DNA of 64,000 nucleotides. Source: the human T2T-CHM13v2.0 reference genome, Homo sapiens. How positions within the stretch are numbered: position 1 is the first letter of the stretch; every line of letters begins with the position of its first letter. The translations under genes were made by a program, and so were the position numbers. The stretch lies in the NCBI RefSeq assembly GCF_009914755.1, contig NC_060941.1. One strand, written 5' to 3'. The notes under the pieces are model-generated. The model saw only the letters and a list, made by a program, of their open reading frames with translations, did not search any database and was not told the origin of the DNA. Of this stretch, positions 1 through 14,880 are shown in pieces.

Positions 1-116
1 TGAGGAAACTGAGGACCAAAGGGATTAAGTAACTTCCCTAAAGTTACGGAGCTAGTGAGGGGAAGAGTCGGGATGTGAACCCGGAGACTCGCTCCAGTAC
101 CCACACTCTTAACCAA
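1..116. mobile_element. MIR SINE fragment
   Basis: MIR core motifs tgaggaaactgagg...aagtaacttccc-aagttac...gaaccc...ctcttaacca. Confidence 0.7.
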
Positions 117-149
117 GGGATTCAAGGGATGCTCAGGACAGAAAGTCAT

Positions 150-720
150 CAGGGCTTGCGATTATATGAATGGACCAGGGGTGGAAGTCTCAGGGATGCC
201 CAGGTTACTGGCTTGAGCAGCCAGTGGGTTGGTGCCAGCATTCGCTTCAGAAAACACAGGAGGAGCTGCTTTGTGAGGAGACAGCATGGCGTCACAAGTG
301 TCTGCGGTGCGGCAAACGGAGATGTCAAGTGTGCTGTCAGACGCAGGGCTCTGGAGCTGACCGGAGAGGTACAGATTTGGGCACTGCTGGCATTCTGTGA
401 TAACTGAAGTTGAAGGAAGAATGGGAACGAAAAGAGAAAGAGGACACAGGGACAAAACCTCGTGAAGAACACGAATATTTAGAGAACAAGCCGCTGAAGA
501 GAAACTCTGCGGAAAAAAAAGAAAAAGCCAGAGAGGCAGGAAGAAACCAGGTGGGTGCCGTTTCAGAGATGCCCAGAAGAGAGGGTTTCAAAAAGGAGGC
601 TATTAATAACCTTGGTGAGAGCATTCATTGGAGTGACGGGGCTGGGAGGGCTGCAGAAGGTTGCGTAAATGGGAGGCAAAGGCGTGGAGATCATGCTTTC
701 AAGAAGTTTGGCTTTGACTG
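150..720. mobile_element. Degraded L2 LINE fragment(s)
   Basis: L2-like motifs (ggttactggcttgagcagc, gagatgtcaagt, ggagaggtacagatttggg, ctttcaagaagtttggct). Confidence 0.55.
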
Positions 721-864
721 GCATGGCCCAAATTTATGGCCAAGATATCTAAGCTCACAAAGGGATAAAATGGCACTGTTAATAACGACCCCTCATCTAT
801 GGGGTCATCAAAGCCCCCACACTATTCCTGTTTGTTGTCTACTGAAGCTCTTTCATTTATTTCT

Positions 865-883
865 ACACACACACACACACACA
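865..883. repeat. (CA)n microsatellite
   Basis: Direct reading. Confidence 0.9.
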
Positions 884-1691
884 TATTTTTTACAACTGCT
901 GTGTGTGACAAGGGCTGCTAGGCTCTGGGGAAACATCAGGATGGGACAGGCGACATCTCTACCTTCAGGTGTATACGTTCTGCGGCATTCCCTCGCTCCT
1001 CCTGTTTATTCAGTTGTGCAGATATTGGCAGAGTCAGGCCGCCCCGGACTCATGGTGACCCAGCGTCTGGTCTGGTAGTTATGAAATCTCACATGGTTTA
1101 TCATCTGGCCCTGAACAATGGGGAAAACTTGTGCTCGTCTCTTGGGGGCTATTTTCTCTGGAGTATGGAAAGTTGGTCTTTTGACAGTCAGAATCTGAAA
1201 CTACAATCCAATGTGTATTTCCAGTCTACACACAAAACATACATTTTGTCTCTAAGCATTTTAATAATCACTTATGGGACTATGTTTTAAAAGATCACTT
1301 TTAGCTTTTCATCTGAATGTGTACCTGCATAGAATGAAGTTACCTTTGCACTCTTTTCAGAAAACGATGGTGTTAAAACAGGCAGAAGGATAAGCTCCTG
1401 CTGCTACTGTGGGAAAGAGAAGCCTGTCTGAATCTTATTCAGGCAGAGACCATAAAGACTCATAATAAAAATATGTTAATGGTCACTAAAGGGGAGCATC
1501 CCAGAGTCCACTTGGATGATACATTTTGGTTGCCAAAGTTAATATAGAAAGCCGGTTAATCTATCACGGCTTTAGAGCAGGGTTAATTTAAGGAGGCTTC
1601 TAAGTCAAGAGGCATGAAATAACTTTGTCTAAATAGGAAGTAGCACCCTTTGAATTACTTGCTAAGTTACCTCTGACTTCACAATCACCTA

Positions 1692-2018
<327 letters not shown>

Positions 2019-3639
2019 CTACAAAAGTCTCTCTTCCTTCCCATAAACTCTCTATTACATTGTATTTTACAATATTTAGAAACATCGTGGTGCCACATGT
2101 AATTTTTTATTTAAATACATCAAGTCTTCATGAGATTAAACAAATATTACGGGAACCAAGAAAACGGTATTAGTGTCAGACCAAGAAGATGGTGGGTTAC
2201 CTCAGTATAAGCAAACATTCTCTGTGTTTGCTTGAAGTTCATACTGCACTCAGTCAGTTTGAAAAACTGACCAGGATGAACAAGAAACAGAAATAACAGT
2301 ATGGAAATAAAACTACATGAGATAATGCTTAATTCATGGATCTCAGCTTTGTGGGCCTACTCAACCAGATGGCCACTTGAAGCCAAGAATTTTTCCCCAG
2401 CAAACACAGAGGGTTGGGGTGGGGGTGATAATAAAATGTGAGCAAGGCGCATGTTTCTAAAATAGCACTCTGTATTCTCTTCTATCGCTCACCTTTGAAC
2501 TGCTTCTTAATTTAAAACCCACTCATGGTTATGCACACTTCTGTTTTAAGTCTTTCTGGTGATAATGTCTTGTGCCAAATCTGTGCTTTAGAAATCAACA
2601 TAAGAAGCCATATTAAGTAGGGAGAGAGAAAGGAGGAGGGAGTTGGAGGCAGGTGGAGAAGGAAGGAGGGGGTCCTGCCTTGCTGAAAGCAAGAGCGAGT
2701 AATTCTTCTTGGCCTCAAAATTCTACATATCTGTGAAATTTTAATGGGGGAATATTCTAAGAACTTTGTGACATACACGTTCTTCTCTAGTGTAATTTTC
2801 CAGTGAATTCCAACCAAGTTTTCCTGACTGAGGGGAACAGAATCTGATTGCAGAATGTTTTTCAGTGCTCTAAAAGTCATGCATACGTACCATCCCTCTG
2901 TTTTATGACCACATTTGTCAAAAGAACTGATTTGAAGGAGCCTGTTCTTAATAACAATCAAAGTCTTATTGGTTTCTTACTATGTTCTCATAAGAGAAAG
3001 ACATCACTAAAGTTAATATGCTGTTAAGCAATAAAGGAAATGTAAACAATCTAACCTCCTCCTTAGACGGAAGGTTGCTTTGAAATAAAATCTAAATGGC
3101 TATTGTTAATACCGGACAATCAGGCTCGAAAATTACTCCCTTTCCACAATTAGGTGATTGGAGAAGGATTTCAGGAGACCTTATTCAACCTTTTCCCCAA
3201 TTGATTAATTTGTAATGTCAGACATTATAGGATTTGTTTAAATCTTAGCTCTAAAAAAAACTTTGCATTTTAAAGTCTTAGCTTATAAACATGTCTTGAG
3301 TATAAGCAACAAAGTTTACGATTTGGGCCCAATTTAAGAATACTGTGACTGCAGAGAAAAAGGGGGAATTGGTTGGGAAAGGTAAGGAGATCTTTCAACT
3401 CTTCCAGCCAATTTGGCTTAAGAGTTGGGGGCGGGGTGGAGGGTGGGGAACAGACTTGTGTTTGGCGGTGACTCTTCATTTTACTGTGAAACTAGGAGAG
3501 ATAGGTGGTCACATTTCGACCATCAAGCCCAGAAGAGAGGAGAAACTCAACGTGTAATTGGGAAACTCTGGGGGAGGAAACGTCACAGGTTTGACAAGCA
3601 ATTCAGTGCCATCATTAATAACAATATCCAGCCAGAGAA

Positions 3640-3840
<201 letters not shown>

Positions 3841-4139
3841 CAATATCGACCATTTCGCATTCAGAAGCCCAGTGGGCCATGGTCTGTGTATACCTTTTCT
3901 GACCAGTGGCGTCTGCAGGAAAGAATGTGGGTGCCAGTGAGCAAAGGTTCACGGTCTCCCCCAAACCTGTCCCTCTGAGACAGAAAAATGCTGGGGCTGG
4001 GGTCAGCCGAGGGGAGGGGACGGCCAGGCCACCGGATGTCAGGCCCGGTTTCCCTCCAGAATCTTGTAAGTCGAAAGGGAAGGTTGTCCCCCATCCTGGG
4101 AGAACTGGAGCGGAGCGGCGGGGGCGAGGGGGCCGTTAC

Positions 4140-4400
4140 CTGTGGGTCTGCCCTTCCTCCCCTGCCGGGGCTACAGGGGTCGAGGGGCTGGGCGGGCGGG
4201 CCGGTCCAGGGCGCAGGAGCCGCCCATTAATTGCGCGGGGACGGCCCTGAGCTCCTCTTCCTCCTCCTCTTTTTGCTTCTTCACTCCCTACACCTGCCCC
4301 TCTTCCTCCTCCTTCCCCGAGGCTGCTTTCCGCGGCGCCGGCCGGCCTTGCCTGGGGCGGAGGCGGTGGGGGCGGCTACCGGGCGTCCTCCGGTTTCCCT
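4140..4400 (-). other. Candidate non-coding first exon of a leftward-transcribed gene (TSS position approximate)
   Basis: Minus-strand donor CAG|GTAACG (plus strand cgttacctg 4134-4142; exon ends at 4140) on the left side of the CpG island, next to the X-box/GC-box core. Confidence 0.55.
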
Positions 4401-4406
4401 AGCAAC
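4393..4406. promoter_or_regulatory. RFX X-box 1 (GTTTCCCTAGCAAC)
   Basis: Close match to the imperfect-palindromic RFX motif GTTNCCNNRGYAAC, inside the CpG island. Confidence 0.75.
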
Positions 4407-4452
4407 CGCGCCTCCCCGCCCCCGCGCGACCAGGTGCAGCCGCCGAGAGCAC

Positions 4453-4471
4453 GGGGCGGGGCGGGGCGGGG
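4453..4471 (+). promoter_or_regulatory. Three tandem Sp/KLF GC boxes; canonical G-quadruplex motif
   Basis: GGGGCGGGGCGGGGCGGGG. Confidence 0.8.
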
Positions 4472-4512
4472 CTGTGGCCCCGGGGTCCCAAGCCAGTCGT
4501 GGGCGCCCGCCG

Positions 4513-4526
4513 GTTGCCGTGGGAAC
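4513..4526. promoter_or_regulatory. RFX X-box 2 (GTTGCCGTGGGAAC)
   Basis: 12/14 match to GTTGCCATGGCAAC. Confidence 0.65.
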
Positions 4527-4948
4527 GAGGCGGGCTGCAGTCGGGGAGTCAGAGCCACGCTGGTGGGCAGAGAAGAGATGCCCAAGGAGGAGGCGGTTGG
4601 CTTTGTCTGGGTGCCCAAGCCCAGACCCAGATATCCAGGCCTCTGCTCCCTTCCCTGAAAGGGTGCTGTGCTTCATAAAAAATGAGATTAGAAAACGAGA
4701 GAGGAAAATATTTTTAATGGAATCAGGGAATGTGAAAAGCGGTACATGCGAAGAGGAAAAGATACTGCAGTCCTGGAGTTCGACCTCTGCAGAGGACATC
4801 TGGAATGCTCTGGTCCAACACGAAAAAGAAGAAATAAGCGATGAAGCCAGGCACCCAGTCAGTGGCAGAACCGACATTAGAGCCCAGGCCTCTTCGTAAT
4901 CAGTCGTCTTCACCCCCTTTCCAAGGAGAGAGGTGCTTAGAGGCCTAG

Positions 4949-5441
<493 letters not shown>

Positions 5442-5656
5442 TAGGCTCTCAACTTGTCAACTGATGTCAAGTTAGGGTATTTTTGATTGAGTGGAGAGTA
5501 AGGTAAAGGAAGAATAGAAATTCTTGGAACTTTCATCAGTGCCCGGAATCCCTAGGTGTCTGTGGTTTGACCGTCTTCTCAACACCTCCCCTTCCCCCCA
5601 TTCAGTTGGTGCCAAGTCCTTGGCAGCGTCACATTCTTCTTTCTATTCTTATCACT

Positions 5657-5694
5657 CTAGTTTTGGGCTCCATGACCTAGTTTTGGGCTCCATG
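5657..5694. repeat. Tandem duplication, 20-bp period (ctagttttgggctccatg x2)
   Basis: Direct reading. Confidence 0.9.
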
Positions 5695-6268
5695 GATTAT
5701 TCTGAGGGCCTCCTGGTCACACCCTGGGCGCCTGTCCTCCACACCCTATCTTCACCATTTCCCCCATCCTATAAGCAGCCTACATCTAATGTTGCTGGCC
5801 CCCTGCTTAAAAAGCCCTGAAAGGTTCCTCACCGCCTGTGGAATGAAGTCCAAACTCGTCACTATGACTTTCCCTGTGCCCTCCCCCACAGTTTCCTTTC
5901 TTGGTTTTTCCCCTTCATCACTTCTTCACTCATACTTCAGCCAGATGGGACTATGTGTTACACACTGAACATTTTTCCTTGCCTTCACACCAGCTTCAAA
6001 GACATATCATGAGCTGGGCAGAGTCTAGACAAATGTACTTAGCTGAAGTCTTTCCACTGGGCACTTTCCCATCTGAACTTCGCTGGTCCTCCAGCAGACC
6101 CTAGGATCTTTTCATCTCTAGTAGCCCAGTCCATATTCTGTTCTTGTTCTCAGCTGATTATCAAGTATTCCTTAGTAAAGCATTAACTGATAATTGAAGT
6201 ATTAACTGATAAGGATGTAACCTAAGAACTTGCCTCATGGTTTTTGCCTTTCAAAAGGATATGCTTTG

Positions 6269-6540
6269 GGCCAGGCATGGTGGCTCACGCTTGTAATCCC
6301 AGCACTTTGGGAGGCCGAGGCAGGGGGATCACCTGAGGTCAGGAGTTTTGAGACCAGCCTGGCCAACATGGTGAAACCCCATCTCAACTAGAAATACAAA
6401 AATTAGCCAGGTGTGCTGGCAGCCACCTGTAAACCCAGCTACTCAGGAAGCTGAGGCAGGAGAATTGCTTGAACCCAGGAGGCGGAGGTTGCACTCCAGC
6501 CTGGGCGACAAGAAACTCTGTCTCAAAAAAAAAAAAAAAA
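6269..6540 (+). mobile_element. Alu (AluS-like, internal deletion)
   Basis: Dimer with polyA. Confidence 0.95.
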
Positions 6541-6999
6541 GTTTGGATGCGCACACTGGGTTGAAACTATAATAGTGAAATGATAGGTAGGGAGCTTGTT
6601 CTGTTGGCGCGAGGACCCACCTCAAATAAAAATAACAGAGGAGGAAGTTGAAGCCCAGGTTCTCACCTTGTTGAAGGTAAGGGACATGACCAGAACATAT
6701 GGTAAGTACCAGAACCAGGGTTCAAAAACAGGGCTTTCCATCTCCAGTAACTTGATGTTGCCCACTACTAAGAAAAGCACCTTGGTACTTCCTGTACCCA
6801 GACAAGATCTATTAAAATAATACTATCTATCTCAAAAGCTTGCTGTGGGAATTAAATGAGAGAGGACAAGCAAAGCATTTCACATCATGCTTGGCACATA
6901 GCACTCAATAATTGGTAGCTTTGCTTTATAAGGCATAACTTAAGATTTTATTGCATGTGAATGTTAACCGTAAATATTTAAAGATTTTTATTTATTTTT

Positions 7000-7300
<301 letters not shown>

Positions 7301-7704
7301 TAAAGATTTTTAAATAACAAGGTCTGGAGAAGTCACTTCATATCTCAGCTTTAAACTCTTCCACATGTCAAGTGTTCTTGAAAATTAAGTTATATGAAAA
7401 AATCATGGTGCCTTTGAAAGAGGGTAATAGTGCCCAAGGTCAGCTCATAAAAAGCTATAGAGCAACTCCAACTTTAGTGTTTAATGAGTAAATTTAAGCT
7501 AGGCATGTAAATTACAAATAAGATTAGTTCTGGCATTAAAAAGCAAAGTCCTTAGGAGGAGAAATATTAAAATGAAGAAGAAAAACTTCTCCTGGTTGGG
7601 GAAAGGATCCTACTCTTCATTATTTCCTGCACAATGTTCCTGGTAGAGATGAATAAGTAAACAAAAAAACTTAAGACTTAAGTGGATGGTAGATTCTAAT
7701 GCTC

Positions 7705-8050
7705 CCTCCTGCTGATCTAACAAAATACCTTAGACTAGCTAATTTGTAAACAACAGAAGTGTATTGCTTACAGTTCTGGAGGCTGGGAAGTCCAAGATCA
7801 GGTCATCTGCAGATTTGGTGTCTGGTGAGGGCTCACTGTGTTTTGTATATAGCATCTTCCCTTTGCATCCTCATATGGTGGAAGGGACAAACTCCCTCAA
7901 GCCTCTTTTATAAGGGCCCTAATACCATTCATCATGGTGAAGTCCTCATGACCTAGTCACCTCCCAAATGGCCCGCCTCTTAATACCACTACAATGGGAA
8001 TTAAGAGTCAACATGAATTTTGGAAGGACCTAAGCATTCAGACCATAGCA
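7705..8050 (-). mobile_element. MaLR solo LTR (MST/MLT1A-like)
   Basis: cagttctggaggctgggaagtccaagatc...cattcagaccatagca. Confidence 0.8.
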
Positions 8051-8902
8051 AGCATGAAAAAGTTCTTTAATTATATCTAAGAGTTCTGCAAAGAACAACT
8101 TCAAGTATAAAGTTTCAAAAGTAGACTGTGTATTAAGTTTCAGAAATAACACTTTTGAGGGAAATATTTAATGCAAAGAGTAAGCTGTGCAGAGGAATAG
8201 GCATACATTCTAAGTCTCCCAAGGTTTTTGAGACAGGGATATCCAACAGCTTCATGGACACCTGGCCCAGCTACTCACTTGAGCTGGAGCACCCCACCCT
8301 CTATCTGCCTAATATTTTCTCTTCCTAAGAGAGAGAGAGAGTCTAACTAAAAGAGTCTCTTTGTAACTAACTATTCAGAAGCTCTCCTATTGGGCATAGA
8401 GTTTTATGCCAAGTGACTTCAGAAGCAGATGGCCTCCCTCAGATACAACTTAAACTTGGTCATTTTTGCCTTGGTCATGGGATCTCGCCATGACTAATGG
8501 GTTCCTGTTCTCATCATTGAGGCCAGTGTGGTGTTGCCTTCATCCATGCACACAGCATGAACTGTGGCAGTTTGTTTGCAAAAAGAATCTCTAGGAATAG
8601 CTTTCCTGAGAAGGGAACTGTGGACATGTGAGTCCTTTAGAGCTCCATGGGTTCTCCTCCAGCATGCCATTGTGCAGGGGCTTTCCCTGATTCATTTTCA
8701 AAACTGGCTAATGACTTATTGGGTATACCAGGGGCCGCTGTGACATTCTGCATTCATCTTGTAGCTGTATTTGGCCAGACTGTGGGTATGCAATGTGATA
8801 ATCTCTCAGTGTCACTCATTAAAAGTCATCCTTTATTGATGTCATCAGATGGTTAGAGAGCTTGGTAGGCTTTCAAGGTGAGCCTTCTGGATTATGTACA
8901 TA

Positions 8903-9408
<506 letters not shown>

Positions 9409-9409
9409 C

Positions 9410-9659
9410 AATAATAGCCATTCTAAATAGGGAGAGATAATATTTCATTGTGGTTTTGATTTGCATTTCTTTGATAATAGTGATGTTGAGGACTTTTTAT
9501 ATACCTGTTGGCCATTTTTATGTCATCAGAGATGGCTATTCAGCTCATTTGCCCATTTTTAAGTTGGAGATATATCTCCAACTTAAATGTGTGTGTGTAT
9601 ATATATATATATCCAACTTAAATGTGTGTGTGTATATATATATATATATCCAACTTAAA

Positions 9660-9705
<46 letters not shown>

Positions 9706-10481
9706 TGTTGTTTGAATTCCTAGTATATTCTGAGTATTAATTCCTTGTCAGATGAATAGTTTGCAGGTATTTTCTCTCATTCTTCAGATTGTATCTTCAC
9801 CCTGCTGATTGTTTCGTTTGCTGCACAGAACGTTTTTAGTTTGATATAATCCCATTTGTCTATTCTTATTTTTGTTGCCTGTGCTTTTGAGGCATATTCA
9901 TAAAATCTTTGCCAAGACCAATGGCTTCAAGTGTTTCCTCTATGTTTTCTTCTAGTAGTTTCACAGCTTCAGGTCTTATACTTAAGTCTTTAATCCATCT
10001 TGAGTTTATTTTTGTATATGGTGTGAGGTAGGGCTCTAGTTTCATTCTTCTGCATGTAAGTAACCAGTTTTTCTAGCACCATTTATTGAAGAGACTGTCC
10101 TTTCCACAATGTATATTCTTGGTACCTTTGTTGAAAATCAGTTGGCTGTAAATATGTAGATTTATTTCTGGGTTTTCTGTTCTATTCCGTTGGTCTATGT
10201 GTCTCTTTTTATGCCAGTACCATGTGCTTTGGTTACTATAGCCTTGAAGTATATTTTGAAGTCAGGTAGTGTGATGCCTCCAGCTTTGTTCTTTTTGCAC
10301 AGGTTTGCTTTGGCTGTTGGGGTCTTTTGTAGTTCCATATGAATTTTAGTATTGTTTTTTCTATTTCTGTGAGGAATGTCATTGGTGTTTTGATAGCAAT
10401 TGCATTGATTCTATAGATCACTTTTGGTAATATGGTCATTTTCACAATATTAACTCTTCTAGTCTATAAACATGGGATGTC
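9410..10481 (-). mobile_element. L1 (L1MA-like) ORF2 3' fragment
   Basis: Antisense ORF2 text; ORF 10236-10445 ([22 protein letters not shown]...ILKFIWN) is ORF2p-like. Confidence 0.92.
9578..9702. repeat. Three-copy compound VNTR CCAACTTAAAT(GT)n(AT)n
   Basis: Units start at 9578, 9613 and 9650. Confidence 0.9.
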
Positions 10482-10873
10482 CTGTGAGATGTCCAAAGAC
10501 ATCCCATGTTCACAGACTGGAAGAATTAGTACACACAGACACACACACACACACACACAAATATGTACATATTCCGATGGAGGTTATTGAAGACCCAGGA
10601 TTTGGTCCTTGATTTGTAGGATCAGAAAATTCACTTTATTTAATTCAGAACTGACCTCTTTAGAAATTGATTCTTAATAACCCCACTCAGAAGAGACCAT
10701 TTGTTATCCACCTGACCAAGTTATTATTTTATCTCAGAGAATGAAGCTGGCAGGCTGACCCTGGTCATATGCTTGAGGTACTTCCTCCTGGTGGAAAGGC
10801 ATTCCTAGGAGATCAAATTAAAGATCTGAAGATTTGGTGAATATTAAATTACATTAAAGGGAATTGAATGTCC

Positions 10874-11202
<329 letters not shown>

Positions 11203-11379
11203 TAGCAGATTGACGAGGCCTTAACGAATGACCTTCCTCCCCTCAAAGGACATTTCAGTCTGGATGACTGATTTGGATTATTTATGTCAAAGTTTTTGGA
11301 GACTTTTACCACATCTTTCTCTCAGGTAACTGCCGTTTTGCTGAACTTCAAGGGACCATTTCTCTTATGCCATTAACAG

Positions 11380-11610
11380 CATAGTTTGGAGTTGAGAAGA
11401 CCTAGGTTAAAATCCTAGCAGTGGGATTTGTTGTATCATAGCGAACAATTCTCATCACCCTTTGAATTTCGAGATCCCTGTAGTTAAAAGTGGAAATAAT
11501 CAGAGCCTTCTCAATGGATTGTCATGAGGATTAATGAAATAGTGTATGTAAAGTTTCTGGCATTGTGCCTGACACAGTAGCTGCTCAACAAACGGTAGCT
11601 ATCATTATTG
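11380..11610. mobile_element. MIR fragment
   Basis: aaaagtggaaataat...gtcatgaggattaatgaaatagtgtatgtaaag...tgtgcctgacacagtag. Confidence 0.75.
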
Positions 11611-11706
11611 CTTACATCATGTACATAGATTTCATTCTCCTTGCTGAGATGAGACACCCTAAAGTACATCACCCATGCATTTATAAAGCATCTCTAAAAG
11701 CTGTTA

Positions 11707-12020
<314 letters not shown>

Positions 12021-12815
12021 AGCTGTTACTTCTTTAAAATGCTACTGATACCTTTGTGGTTAATTTTATATTGATTACTTTTTATGCTGAATTTCAGAAA
12101 GTGACATTTTATGATCGCATCTCTGATTTTTGTTAGAGATCATCTAATTTCATGAAACTGAGAGCGTATCTAGTTTAGGGCTTGCAGCCATCCATGAACT
12201 GTGTGAAATTTAGTAATGTCTGTTGGGCTTTCATAGGGCAGATATTTGAGATCCAGTTCTTTTGTAGAATGAAGTAGACTCCATTAGAGACTGGCAAATT
12301 CCCTATAATTAATTACAATTTTTTAAAAAAAGCATGTCCTCTGGGAGATCCCTTAGAATTTTCCTCACTTGTAACTGTAGCTGATCTATTGTGCTGTTTT
12401 ACAAAGAGGGGGCAAACTCATTAAAGTTTTTGGATCCTATAGTACTGAAATATTACTCAAAAGTTCAAATGGGCTTTGATTTATTTATCTGTTTTGGAAG
12501 CTTCAGACTTTTCAAACCATTATGGCCGTTAATGCATCTGATACAAGATTGGATGTGATTATAGGAACTTTGAGAACATAAAACATACTGCTTTTTTGCA
12601 TTTCTGAAAAATTCTTACCAAAAGGAAGAATTTGACTTCTGTCCAGAAGGAGTATCTGATTTGTTTGGACTCTGGATAAACTCGAGCTGTGCATATTTGG
12701 CCAAGAGTTTGATTTGTGGACTGATCATCGAGCCGTGGGCAAGACTCAGGCTTCAGAAAGCGATGTCAGTGTCAAGAATCCCACATGAACATTAAATATG
12801 CTTCTGGACAGATAA

Positions 12816-13151
<336 letters not shown>

Positions 13152-13319
13152 TAGTATAACCACTGTGGAGAACAGTTTGGAGGTTCCTCAAAAAACTAAA
13201 AATAGGACATATGATCCAGCAATCCCACTGCTGGGTATATATCCAAAAGAAAGGAAATCAGTATATTGAAGAGATATGTGCACTCCATGTTTATTGCACC
13301 ACTGTTCACAATAGCTAGG

Positions 13320-13619
13320 ATTTTGTTTTGTTTTGTTTTGAGACAGAGCCTTACTCTGTCACCCAGGCTGGAGTGCAGTGGCACAATCTCGGCTCACTGC
13401 AACCTCCGCCTCCTGGGTTCAAGCAATTCTCGTGCCCTAGCCTCCTGTACCTGGGACTACAGGCACCCAGCACCACACTTGGCTAATTTTTGTATTTTTA
13501 GTAGACGCGGGGTTTCACCATGTTGGCTAGGCTGGTCTCGAACTCCTGGCCTCTAGGGATCCACCTGCCTCGGCCTCCCGAAGTGTTGGAATTACAGGTG
13601 TGAGCCACTGTGCCAGGCC
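13320..13619 (-). mobile_element. Alu (AluS-like) in L1MA
   Basis: Dimer. Confidence 0.95.
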
Positions 13620-14059
13620 TCTGACAAAGCTAAGATTTGGAAGCAGTCTAAGTGTCTATCAACAGATGAATAAATAAAGAAAATGTGGTACATATACACA
13701 ACGGAGTGCTATTCAGCCATAAAAAAAGAATAAGATTCTGTCATTTTCAGCAACATGGATGGAACTGGAGATCATGTTAGGTGAAATAAGCCAGGCACAG
13801 AAAGACAAACATTGCATGTTCTCACGTATTTGTGGGATCTAAAAATCAAAACAATTAAACTCATGTACATTAAGTGTAGAAGGATGGTTACCAGAGGCTG
13901 GGAAGGATAGTGGGGAGGGGGTGGAAGGAAGGAGGATCATGTTAATGGGTACAAAAAATAGAAGGAATAAGACCTACCATCTGATAGCACAACAAGGTGA
14001 CTATAATAACTTGTCAATTAATAATAACTTAATTGTACATTTTAAAATAACTAAAAAAG

Positions 14060-14367
14060 GGCCGGGCATGGTGGCTTATGCCTATAATCCCAGCACTTTG
14101 GGAGGCCGAGACAGGTGGATCACGAGGTCAGGAGATCGAGACCATCCTGGCTAACACGGTGAAAACCTGTCTCTACTAAAAATACAAAAAATTAGCTGGG
14201 CGTGATGGTGGGTGCCTGTAGTCCCAGCTACTCAGGAGGCTGAGGCAGGAGAATGGCATGAACCCGGGAGGCGAAGCTTGCAGTGAGCCGAGATCGCGTC
14301 ACTGCACTCCAGCCTGGGAGACAGAGCAAGACTCCGTCTCAAATAAATAAATAAATAAATAAAAATA
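14060..14367 (+). mobile_element. Alu (AluY-like) in L1MA
   Basis: gagatcgagaccatcctggctaacacgg; TSD aaaataact. Confidence 0.95.
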
Positions 14368-14554
14368 ACTGAAAGAGTATAACTAGATTGTTTGTAACAC
14401 AAGGGATAAATGCTTGAGGGGCTGGATTTGCCATTCTCCATGATGTGATTATTACACATCGCATGCCTGTGTCAAAACATTTCACGTACCCCATAAATAT
14501 ATATACCTAATATGTACCCACAAAAATTAAAAATTAAAAAAATTTAAAAAATAA

Positions 14555-14880
14555 ATAAACACTGACTGACAAATGCTAATGAGTGCCAGGACACTAATAG
14601 AGTGCCACAACAGAGAATATTGGGAGGAGCAGGGAGACCCTATTTACACAGGTGGTCAAAGATGACCTCTCTGTGTGAGACCTGAAGGATGAAGAGAAGC
14701 CAGCCTCCGGGGGTGGAGAAAACAGGACTGAGATGATTGTAAGGTGAGAGAAAGCTCAGGGGATTCAAGAAAGCTTAAGGTGTGGCTGGAAGACTATTGT
14801 GAGGGAAGCCTGGTGAGGTTGTGAGAGTTGGAGTCAGGTTTTATTCTAAGCACAATGGAAAGCCATGGAATGGCTTTAAA
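14555..14880. mobile_element. L2 fragment
   Basis: gagacctgaaggatgaagagaagccagcc...ttttattctaagcacaatggaaagccatgg. Confidence 0.6.

Larger units (their letters stand above)
4000..4620. promoter_or_regulatory. CpG island, probable bidirectional promoter
   Basis: Only extended non-repeat GC-rich, CpG-dense stretch in the window; contains GC boxes and X-boxes. Confidence 0.9.

Noticed and set aside
75-1078. Overlapping ORFs of up to 222 aa
   Set aside because: They run through L2/MIR relics and a (CA)n repeat; no family similarity or splice structure.
9578-9702. Repeat-spacer-like pattern resembling a CRISPR array
   Set aside because: Eukaryotic context; the spacers are (GT)n(AT)n microsatellites; no cas genes.
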